From Sulfurospirillum sp. (GTDB lineage Bacteria; Campylobacterota; Campylobacteria; Campylobacterales; Sulfurospirillaceae), in NCBI GenBank assembly GCA_045047115.1, contig JASFYR010000038.1, positions 1-54,425 on the forward strand: a stretch of 54,425 nt of DNA. The letters are read 5' to 3'. A program made the translations under genes and the position numbers. The stretch's first letter is position 1; each line of letters begins with the position of its first letter. The notes beneath the pieces are model-generated. The model ran no database searches and had not been told where the DNA came from. It saw only the letters and a program-made list of their open reading frames with translations. This document shows, in pieces, positions 1 to 8,057 of the stretch.

Positions 1-13
1 ACACAAATCAAAT

Positions 14-660
14 TTAAAAAGATTTATCAAAATACATAACCTGGTTTCTTCCTAATTCTTTAGATTTATACATTGCAATATCAGCTTTTTTCATTAATTA
101 TATCTCATTATCTGTATGGTCTGGAAATATGGCAACACCAATACTTGTTGTGACATTTAATTTAATATTCTCTATAATCCATGGTTTCCTAAAAAGAGTA
201 ATGTTTTTTTTACTAATTTTTCAAGTGTATCATTCTTGATGTTTGTGAAGATAAGAACAAATTCATCACCACCAATACGAGCGAGTACATCTTCTGTTCT
301 TATATTTGGTAAAACTCTATTAGTTACTTCTTGAAGTAGCTTATCTCCAATATCATGTCCATACGTATCATTTACTTCCTTGAAATGATCTAAATCCAAA
401 AATAGTAAGGCAAATTTTGTATTTGTTCTTTTTGAATTGGAAATAATTCTGTTAAGTTCTTCTTGAAAAGCAAATTTATTTAATATGCCTGTAAGAGAAT
501 CCCTCGTTGCTAATTCTCTATATCGCTGTTCACTTTTTACTAATGTTGTTTGTGACTTTTGCTTCAACTCTTCATAAAGTTCTTTCATCTCTTGAGATGA
601 AGTTTCTAAAGTATGCTCTAAAAAATCTCTTTCTTCATCACTTTCATATTAAACTTGCTC
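14..660 (-). pseudogene. Diguanylate cyclase (GGDEF) pseudogene
   Basis: ORF 172..588 has DSLTG, DLDHFK and RIGGDEF. The domain C-terminus (FRKPW..TTSIGVAIFP..*LMKKADIAMYKSKELGRNQ) continues in another frame after the T8 run at 204-211, with an in-frame TAA at 98-100. A second in-frame TAA lies at 649-651 upstream and the 5' end is missing. Confidence 0.85.
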
Positions 661-880
661 AAATTTTAGGACACAAGTACAAAAATAATTTGTCCACCTC
701 TATTCACTGTCGTTCATATATAGCTCGATTATATCCCCTGTCAAGGGACAAATTTAGCTAATTAGTCGTTATATACAGCCAAAATGTCCCCTGCTGAAAA
801 AAACCGTACCATAACCATCATCTATAAAGCCCTATATTAGGTACTTTATAAAAATTATCAAAAAAAATCGATACATAAAA

Positions 881-1735
881 TCAATAATATTCTACTTTTG
901 AAACCAAAAGTTTAAAATAATCTTTTGACCAAAAATCAAATACACTTTGATCTTTCACAAACGGTTTCACTTCATTAATAGCTTGTTCAATATTCAAGTT
1001 TTCTATCTTATTATCAAGCATCTTCCTAAACTCTTTTTGCGTTAAGATATCTCCACTAAAATCACCACTATCAATCATTCTCTGCTCAAGATGCTCAAGG
1101 TTAAGCTTTACACCTTTTTTGACATACCATTCAAAATCAAACCAGTCTCTCCCTTTTACCCTCTTTTTCCATGTCCGAAAAAGGAGTGCATGCATTTTGC
1201 CTGCATAAAGGTTTGGAAGAGTCATGCTTCTTACATTAAAGGTTATTGGAAGCAACAAGGTTTTTGATTCGCTCTGAAATTTTAGAGGTGGGTTTGTATC
1301 AACTTCTATTTTTATTTTGAGCTTTATACCAGAGTGAATATTCTCTATCCCTTTAGCTTCAATTCCCAGCGTATAGATAGCAGTATCGTTTTTTAAAAAA
1401 GCAGAATCTATATTTCCATCTCCTTTTTTTATTTTTTTATTCAAAGATACAGGGATACCAAGAGCTTCAAACTCACTCACAATATATGGAAAATACTTTT
1501 CAATATCAAACTTTGGATTCTTTTGTAAAAGTGAAAAATCCAAATCTTCTGAAAATCTATCAAGTCCGTAGAGTATTCTCAGAGATGTACCTCCGTAAAA
1601 TACAGCCTCTTTAAAAAAGTCACCCCGATAGAGTCCAAGAAGTGTAATCTCTTGAAATATCTCTTTGAGTGCATTTATCAGTTCATTTTGACTTTGTGGG
1701 TTATATTTTTGTAGCATCTGTTCTATTATGCTCAT
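881..1735 (-). CDS. abiEii: AbiEii-family nucleotidyltransferase toxin (type IV TA / abortive infection)
   Basis: FYGGTSLR..YGLDRFSEDLDFS, KIKIEVD, KMHALL.R and KGRDWFD motifs. Overlaps the upstream antitoxin by 4 nt. Confidence 0.92.
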   Translation of the reverse strand: MSIIEQMLQKYNPQSQNELINALKEIFQEITLLGLYRGDFFKEAVFYGGTSLRILYGLDRFSEDLDFSLLQKNPKFDIEKYFPYIVSEFEALGIPVSLNKKIKKGDGNIDSAFLKNDTAIYTLGIEAKGIENIHSGIKLKIKIEVDTNPPLKFQSESKTLLLPITFNVRSMTLPNLYAGKMHALLFRTWKKRVKGRDWFDFEWYVKKGVKLNLEHLEQRMIDSGDFSGDILTQKEFRKMLDNKIENLNIEQAINEVKPFVKDQSVFDFWSKDYFKLLVSKVEYY

Positions 1736-2382
1736 ACTTGTAATTCCTCTATAATTTTTTGCAGTAATTGGATTTTTTTTGATTTTGTAATATTATAATA
1801 CTCTTGAAATACTTTAATATCAGACTCCATTAGCTCATCTAAGTCAAGACGCAAATCATCCTCTAAAAATTCCATCATAGCATTCTTGCTTCTTATCTGT
1901 ATATCTTTTGTATAGTAAACTTTGTCGCAGAGTGCTTTTTCTTTTGATGCTATGATGAAACTACCCCCTTTAGAGTTATGTATCTCAAGGGCAATATTGT
2001 AAAGTTCTTTTTTTGTTTGTTTATAGCTAAACACTCCAAAAGGTGTATTATACGATTTGGAGCGTTTTGTTGTAGCCGATTGTATCTCATGTACACTCTC
2101 CGGGATAAGTCCATGATACCAAAGAGCATAGTCAAAAGAGATATACGATGGTCCTAAAAGTACATTAGCAATAATCTCTTTTGAAAGCAATACTTCATCA
2201 TACACAGGATTGTAAATATACAAGCCAGTTTTTAAGGGTGTGATTACCCCTTTGTTTTTCAGCTGGACTATTTTATCGTTTATCCTCTTATATCCAAGAT
2301 TTGACAGTACTTGAGCAAGAGTCATATGTTCAATGATTCTTGATGGATATTTTTTTAATTCTTTCTCAAGTTCTCTTTGCAT
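1732..2382 (-). CDS. abiEi: AbiEi-family antitoxin / transcriptional regulator
   Basis: LKTGLY, PSYISFDYALWYHGLIPE and IASKEKALCD motifs. Lies directly upstream of abiEii. Confidence 0.88.
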   Translation of the reverse strand: MQRELEKELKKYPSRIIEHMTLAQVLSNLGYKRINDKIVQLKNKGVITPLKTGLYIYNPVYDEVLLSKEIIANVLLGPSYISFDYALWYHGLIPESVHEIQSATTKRSKSYNTPFGVFSYKQTKKELYNIALEIHNSKGGSFIIASKEKALCDKVYYTKDIQIRSKNAMMEFLEDDLRLDLDELMESDIKVFQEYYNITKSKKIQLLQKIIEELQV

Positions 2383-2392
2383 CTGTTTTCCT

Positions 2393-2439
2393 TTACATAC
2401 TAAATCTATATTAAACCGATTTAATATGTAAGTATAGCA
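2393..2439 (-). promoter_or_regulatory. abiE promoter with extended -10 and inverted-repeat operator
   Basis: Minus-strand TGCTATACT at 2431-2439. 14-bp inverted repeat with 1 mismatch: TTACATACTAAATC (2393-2406) / GATTTAATATGTAA (2418-2431), between the -10 and the RBS. Confidence 0.7.
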
Positions 2440-2447
2440 TATATTTA

Positions 2448-3038
2448 CTATCTTTTTTTAGTCAATATCTGCACTATATCTTCAAACCATTCGAGATCCT
2501 CATTTGTTGTTGCAAATTTTTCTATTATCAGCCCAAATGCAAAAGCATCAACTATATTTAATTTTGGATATTTTTTTTGCAGTTCAAGTACTCGTTCATT
2601 ACTTCTACAACGTTTTAGTTTTTTCTTATACTTGTCATTATATCTCTCAAAATAATGTATACTTGTTCGCTTGAGTTTCTCTTTTCCTTCTTGAGATTGA
2701 GGTTTGATTATCTCCCTTGTAAAATTTGTAAAGTATCCTCTAATTATAGAATAATTGTGAAATAGGTGTTCAAAATATGCTTTTTTGAGCCATGTTTCTG
2801 CTATTTTTTCAATTTTGAGCTTACTTTTTTGAGCTTTGATACCATCTATTTTATCCATTCCTTCAATTATTCTTTTAACATCTTCATCCTCTCTCAATAT
2901 CTGTCTAAAAAATGAAAAAATTGATTTTAAGACTTTTTCTTCATCAGAATATGTTTCAAACAATTGCCTATAGAAGTGTTTTAACGCATCTTTGGAGTAT
3001 TGATGTGTATCAATGAGTGAATGAGCATTATTTTTCAT
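2448..3038 (-). CDS. Hypothetical protein, translationally coupled to the integrase
   Basis: 196-aa ORF with AGGAGG RBS. Its ATG overlaps the integrase's native stop (TAATG). No family recognised. Confidence 0.7.
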   Translation of the reverse strand: MKNNAHSLIDTHQYSKDALKHFYRQLFETYSDEEKVLKSIFSFFRQILREDEDVKRIIEGMDKIDGIKAQKSKLKIEKIAETWLKKAYFEHLFHNYSIIRGYFTNFTREIIKPQSQEGKEKLKRTSIHYFERYNDKYKKKLKRCRSNERVLELQKKYPKLNIVDAFAFGLIIEKFATTNEDLEWFEDIVQILTKKR

Positions 3039-3957
3039 TATACACCTCCTATGATTTTATTAACATATTGCATTGATACCGCTTGATTTATTTTTACATA
3101 TCGATCTGTCGTTTCAATCTTGGCATGGTTCATCAAGTCTTTTATAACAAATGCATTCGCACCGTTTTCTGACAACAAAGTACCAAAGCTGATTTTAGTC
3201 TTGTATGCACACCAACACTGTATGGTGGTCTTTTTTTCATAGCCATAAAAATCATACTGGATAAATTCACTTCTATATCTTTTTTTCTTAAGTTTAGAAT
3301 CGCCTGCGGTCTTGCTCCTGTTAAAATAGCAATTAAGACAAAAAGATATGGTTTTGGCTTATGTTTTAAAGCCGTTAAAAGTGTTTTAATTTCATCTTCA
3401 TTTAAAACCCTTTGTCTATTATTATCTAGTGGTAGCAAGGGAACACTTGAAGATGGGTTATTACAAAAGATTACTTCATTTGAAATGGCATAATTTATAA
3501 TTGCTTTGAGCTGTGCTAAATAGTAATTTACTGAAGCAGGTCTATATATTTTAGATAAACTATCTTTAAAATCTCTAATTTCGCTGATTTGAACCGTGTA
3601 TATATCCCGATGACCAAACTCAGGATCAATAATATTGCAATACTTAAGATATGCATCCCTGTGATTTCGTATCTCAGTTTTTTCTGAAAAATATTTTTGA
3701 GCAAGTTCCCTCACTGTTACACTGTTTTTCCTATTTTTTTGAATATATAATGGCTCATTGTTTATCAAGGTTTTTGCCATTGTCTCTCTTCTTTGAACAA
3801 CAGCATCTCTTTCTGAATAACCTTCAGATTTTTTACCTACTTTTACCCATTTCTTTTTACCCTGCGAATTTTTATAGGTATAGTAATATGATATATCACC
3901 ATCCAACAACTTTTCTCTGTAGACTCCCGTATGAGACTTTGATTTTATTCTTGACAT
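3038..3957 (-). pseudogene. Tyrosine integrase with internal deletion and frameshift
   Basis: TGARPQA (catalytic Arg box) is present. After VHTRLKS (~3190) the frame shifts to SFGTLLSENGANAFVIKDLMNHAKIETTDRYVK..GGV*, which carries the His and catalytic Tyr. The intervening HxxR segment is absent. Confidence 0.85.
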
Positions 3958-3958
3958 T

Positions 3959-3980
3959 TTTCTACCCTATTTCTACCCCA
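3959..3980. repeat. 11-bp tandem repeat, candidate integrase arm-type sites
   Basis: TTTCTACCCTA TTTCTACCCCA immediately upstream of the integrase start. Confidence 0.5.
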
Positions 3981-4123
3981 AAATGAGGTTTAATGATATT
4001 TATTGGCAGAAACCGGTTTACTGCTTGGAAAAATTATATGATTATTAGAACACCTGTGTCAAGGCTATTTTAGGGGTTTTAGAGCTATTGAAATCTACTG
4101 ACATTTAATGACAAATCACACTG

Positions 4124-4190
4124 TTACAAGTTGAAACAATGATTATCTATCATTAAAATCATATAAAAATCCTTTGATAGTGTTATTATA
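4124..4190 (-). other. Candidate att junction: promoter, RBS and first 7 codons of a trpG/pabA-like gene
   Basis: Minus strand has TATAAT (4185-4190), AAAGGA (4170-4175) and ATG at 4162 reading MILMIDN-HCFNL*. TrpG/PabA proteins typically begin MILMIDNYDSF. A dyad AATGA-N7-TCATT lies at 4138-4154. Confidence 0.65.
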
Positions 4191-4197
4191 CCGTTTT

Positions 4198-4287
4198 TTA
4201 CTAGACTTCTTGCAAAACTATAGCTTAGAAGACAAATCCTCCCGTTGGTCTGAGCCTCACACTATAGTTTTGCAAGAAGTCTAGTAA
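4198..4287. mobile_element. MITE-like element with perfect 26-bp inverted repeats
   Basis: TTACTAGACTTCTTGCAAAACTATAG (4198-4223) and its exact reverse complement (4262-4287) flank 38 bp. CTAG occurs at both ends. Confidence 0.65.
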
Positions 4288-5237
4288 TTTTCTATTAAAC
4301 TCTTTGTGACAAGATCCAGTATCTCAAAGGAGTATTTACCTGAGATATTTTGTTTATCCAAGATAGGATTTATCTCAGCACTCTCCCAGCAACACACTTT
4401 TGAATTTTTTATAAGCTCCATATTTAGCTGAAGTGCCTGCTCAAAACTAAGTCCTCCACTCGAAGGTGTACCGGTCCCAGGTATATAGAGTGGATCTATA
4501 CTGTCAACATCAAACGATATATAGATATGGTCACAATGCGAAAGTCTTTTAAAAATATCCTCTACAACTGTTTTAATACCCAAATATGTTATCTCTTTTG
4601 TTGTGTAGTTTTTTATATCATACTTTTGGAGTATGTGCTCTTCTGCTTTCTCATAATCCCGCAGTGAACAGAAGATTATATCTTCCGGGTTTATGGCTCT
4701 TTTGACACCTGCTAGATTTTTTAATTTTTCCCAATACTCTATCTCTTCTTGACTTGGATTGTTTATCTTCATCACAGTATTGTCCATATCTGTTGCGATT
4801 GCCAGAGGCATACCATGCAGATTGCCGGATGGTGAAGTGTAAGGCGTGTGAAAATCAGCATGGGCATCTATATATACCACACCTATCCTCTCATCAGGAT
4901 ATGCCATCTTCAATCCTGCTATAGTGCCTGCACATGTGGAGTGGTCTCCCGCCATGATGATAGGAAAGAGATCATCTTCTTTTATCTTTTTCACTTCATT
5001 TGCTACTCTTTGCAATACAAGACTTACTTTATCGATATACTTGGCACACTTGTATATAGTTCCATCATATACCGCCCGATTTTCATCTTCTATGATGATA
5101 GAAGGAAACTCTTCAAAATATTTTGAACCATTGTGCATGCTAGAGAGTTTTAGTGCATTTATGCCCATGCTGGCACCACTTTTAGCGCCTGCTATGTCAG
5201 AGGGTACTTCTATGAGTCTGATTTTTGTATTTGACAT
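4281..5237 (-). CDS. rocF: Arginase
   Basis: GDHS, DAHADFHT, SPSGNLHGMP and SFDVDSIDP..PGTGTP ureohydrolase/arginase motifs. Confidence 0.93.
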   Translation of the reverse strand: MSNTKIRLIEVPSDIAGAKSGASMGINALKLSSMHNGSKYFEEFPSIIIEDENRAVYDGTIYKCAKYIDKVSLVLQRVANEVKKIKEDDLFPIIMAGDHSTCAGTIAGLKMAYPDERIGVVYIDAHADFHTPYTSPSGNLHGMPLAIATDMDNTVMKINNPSQEEIEYWEKLKNLAGVKRAINPEDIIFCSLRDYEKAEEHILQKYDIKNYTTKEITYLGIKTVVEDIFKRLSHCDHIYISFDVDSIDPLYIPGTGTPSSGGLSFEQALQLNMELIKNSKVCCWESAEINPILDKQNISGKYSFEILDLVTKSLIENY

Positions 5238-5243
5238 GGTAAT

Positions 5244-6254
5244 TTAGTCTTTAAAAGAGACAAAGAGATCTTTTGGATCTTGCATTTTGGGTATCAAATC
5301 CAACTCTTTTCCTGCATTATACTTTTTTGCCAACTCATATACAAGTTTTAGTACCGAAAAATCTTCTATGGCAAAACCGACCGAATCAAAAAGTGTTATC
5401 TCCTCATCATCTTTTCTACCCGGTTTTTTGCCTTTTATCACTTCTTGCAATTCTGTAGTAGGGAAATCATCACTCACTTGCTGGATCTCTCCTTCTATCT
5501 TTGTTTGAGGAAGGTACTCAACAAAAACTTTACTCATCTCAACCACATCTCTACTCATCTCGGTTTTTCCCGGACAATCTCCACCGACTCCGTTGATAAA
5601 CATACCATTTTGAATCATATCTTTTGTAAGTATGGTTTGATTTTTCTTGTCTGCCGTGATAGTCGTGACGATGTCGGAACCCTTTACCGCCTCTTTTGCA
5701 TCCTTGCATCTTGTGAGGTTGAAACCGTAACTTTTGATATTTTTTTCAAATTTATCCATGGCTTTTGAATCAACATCAAAGTATCTAATCTCTTTCATAT
5801 CAAAAAGTGTATCAAAAGCTAAGCTTTGAAACTCACTTTGAGCACCCGTGCCTATGAGGCAAAGCACTTTTGAGTCTTTTCTTGCGAGATATTTTCCTGC
5901 CATCGCGGATGTAGCTGCTGTTCTAAGTGCTGTCAAAAGAGTCATCTCTGAAATCAGTACAGGCTCACCCGTCTCTATCGTTGAAAGTTGACCTGTTGCC
6001 ATGACTGTTGTTTTGTTAAATTTTGGATTTCTTGGATGACCAGTAACATACTTATAGGCATAAAATTCATCATCACTTGTTGGCATAAGCTCTAAGACAC
6101 CGTATGAAAAATGCGTTGCAACTCTTGAAATCTTGTCAAAATTATCCCAATTTTTTAAATCACTCTCTAAAATTTCAATCAATCTAGTAAAAAAATCTCT
6201 GAAACCTGTTTTTTGAATTATCTTCTTTATATCATACACATCCAAGATGAGCAT
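5244..6254 (-). CDS. ocd: Ornithine cyclodeaminase
   Basis: GVLELMP, LTALRTAATS, IGTGAQSEFQ, GGDCPGKTE and LFDSVGFAIED. Start moved to ATG 6254 (MLILDV) after an AAGGA RBS. Confidence 0.93.
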   Translation of the reverse strand: MLILDVYDIKKIIQKTGFRDFFTRLIEILESDLKNWDNFDKISRVATHFSYGVLELMPTSDDEFYAYKYVTGHPRNPKFNKTTVMATGQLSTIETGEPVLISEMTLLTALRTAATSAMAGKYLARKDSKVLCLIGTGAQSEFQSLAFDTLFDMKEIRYFDVDSKAMDKFEKNIKSYGFNLTRCKDAKEAVKGSDIVTTITADKKNQTILTKDMIQNGMFINGVGGDCPGKTEMSRDVVEMSKVFVEYLPQTKIEGEIQQVSDDFPTTELQEVIKGKKPGRKDDEEITLFDSVGFAIEDFSVLKLVYELAKKYNAGKELDLIPKMQDPKDLFVSFKD

Positions 6255-6302
6255 ATGTTCTTTCCTTAAAGTTGAGGGAGAAGAGCTCTCCCCCACTCGT
6301 GT

Positions 6303-6752
6303 TTATTTGTAGTTGTCTATCTGAAAATCCCAGAAAAACTCTATCCACTCGGTAGCTTCTCTCGCCTTGAAATCAGGATGTAGCAAAGCTTTGTCTTTGT
6401 AAAATACTGCTGCTACTTTTATATCGAGATCAGGGTATTTTGCGCTTATGACCTTTTTTATCTCTATCATGGTTTCACCGCTGTCTATGATGTCATCTAC
6501 TATGACAACTTTTTTGGCTTTTGAAAGGTCTGGCATATTGAAGATATCTATAGTATCTAGCTTTCTGGTCTCTTCGTAATGTATAGAGTTTATAGAGTAC
6601 AGATCTCTCATCTCCAAAGCTTCAGCCAAAAAATGCCCTAGCGTCATGCCACCTCTTGCGATTGCAAGTATGACATCTGGTTTGTATGGTTTTATCTCAT
6701 GAGCTAGCAGATTTACATCGACTTTAAACTCTTCATAGCTATAAAATTTCAA
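6303..6752 (-). CDS. Purine (xanthine/guanine-type) phosphoribosyltransferase
   Basis: IARGG, PRPP loop VIVDDIIDSGET and WIEFFW. Adjacent to an NCS2 permease. Confidence 0.85.
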   Translation of the reverse strand: MKFYSYEEFKVDVNLLAHEIKPYKPDVILAIARGGMTLGHFLAEALEMRDLYSINSIHYEETRKLDTIDIFNMPDLSKAKKVVIVDDIIDSGETMIEIKKVISAKYPDLDIKVAAVFYKDKALLHPDFKAREATEWIEFFWDFQIDNYK

Positions 6753-6761
6753 ATCTATTCC

Positions 6762-8042
6762 TTAGTGAACTAAAAATACTATGAGGCTTATCACACCAAG
6801 AGATATAACACCTATATTTATATCGTCAAACTCTCTTTTGAGTAATTTTATCAAGAGATATGCCAAGAAACCAAACGCCAATCCATTTGTAATTGAGTAG
6901 GTGAGAGGCATCATGATGACTATCAAAAATGTAGCTATCGCGATAGCCGGATCTTTGAAGTTGATATTTGCCAATTCTGTAAACATCAGCACTCCAACCA
7001 TAACCAAAACAGGGTAAATTGCATTTTCAGGTATAGCTGAAAAAAGAGGCATCATAAAGAGTGTCAGTATAAAAAACAGACCTGCAAAAACAGCAGTTAG
7101 TCCTGTTCTTCCGCCCTCTTCAACACCACTTGCGCTTTCTATAAAACTTGTAGTTGTTGAGAGACCAAGGAGTGAGCCAGCAACTGTAGCAGCCGCATCA
7201 ACTTCTAGTGTTTTTTGAAGCTCTTTGCTGTCATCTTTAAATAATCCTGCACGAAAACCTACACCCGCCAAAGTTCCCAAGGAGTCAAACATATCTGTTA
7301 TCAAAAATGTGATGATTACAGGCAAAAGTGAGAGTTTAAGAGCTGACATAACATCTAGGTGCATAGCAATCGGAGATATGGAAGCCGGCATAGAGAGAAA
7401 CTCTGTCGGATATGGAGCGATACCCAAAACCCATGCTACAACAGATGTAAAAAGGATAGCTAGGATAAAAGCACCTTTAAGCCTCCAAGCATAAAAAGCA
7501 AAAACCAAAATCATACCCAAAACACCTATAAGAAGATGAGAGTCTTTGAAGTTTCCAAGTCCGACAAGAACAGCGTCATTGTTCACAACAATACCCATCT
7601 GCTTGAGCCCTATAAATGCGATAAATGCGCCGATACCAGCACTGATGGCACGTCTCAAATCATAAGGCACACTCTGCATCACCCAAACTCTAAATTTGGT
7701 AAAAGAGAGTACCAAAAAGAGGATACCAGAGATAAATACGATTCCCAATGCACTCTGCCAAGGTATCTTCATGCCAAGCACTAAACCAAATGTAAAGTAT
7801 GCGTTTAAGCCCATACCGACACTCATGGCTATCGGAGTGTTTGCCCAAAAACCGTTAAGTACCGTTGAAAAGATTGTTATCAAAGCGGTTGCTGTGATAA
7901 GTGCCCCCATAGGCATACCCGTCTTGCTCATAATTATGGCATTGACCGGGACTATATACATCATCGTTAAAAATGTTGTAAAACCTGCTGTAAACTCTGT
8001 CTTTACACTTGTTCCGTGTTCTTCTAGTTTGAAAAAACCCAA
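6762..8042 (-). CDS. NCS2/AzgA-family purine permease
   Basis: TEFTAGFTTFLTM.YI, GMGLNAYF and ESASGVEEGGRTGLTA; many TM helices. Confidence 0.92.
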   Translation of the reverse strand: MGFFKLEEHGTSVKTEFTAGFTTFLTMMYIVPVNAIIMSKTGMPMGALITATALITIFSTVLNGFWANTPIAMSVGMGLNAYFTFGLVLGMKIPWQSALGIVFISGILFLVLSFTKFRVWVMQSVPYDLRRAISAGIGAFIAFIGLKQMGIVVNNDAVLVGLGNFKDSHLLIGVLGMILVFAFYAWRLKGAFILAILFTSVVAWVLGIAPYPTEFLSMPASISPIAMHLDVMSALKLSLLPVIITFLITDMFDSLGTLAGVGFRAGLFKDDSKELQKTLEVDAAATVAGSLLGLSTTTSFIESASGVEEGGRTGLTAVFAGLFFILTLFMMPLFSAIPENAIYPVLVMVGVLMFTELANINFKDPAIAIATFLIVIMMPLTYSITNGLAFGFLAYLLIKLLKREFDDINIGVISLGVISLIVFLVH

Positions 8043-8057
8043 AACACCCTCCTTTTG

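Noticed and set aside
729..742. TATATCCCCTGTC as a possible oriT nick site
   Set aside because: Does not match the YATCCTG consensus exactly, and no relaxase is present in the window.
507..761. 84-aa plus-strand ORF
   Set aside because: Antisense to the GGDEF remnant and runs into non-coding repeats; no recognisable motif.
2448..2600. LNIVDAFAF resembling a PIN-domain motif
   Set aside because: The other PIN acidic residues and the N-terminal strand are not evident.
3651..3986. 111-aa ORF antisense to the integrase
   Set aside because: Shadow ORF with Phe/Leu bias from the A-rich coding strand.
6255..6296. N-terminal extension of ocd in the ORF track
   Set aside because: It spans a hairpin; a better RBS and ATG lie at 6254.
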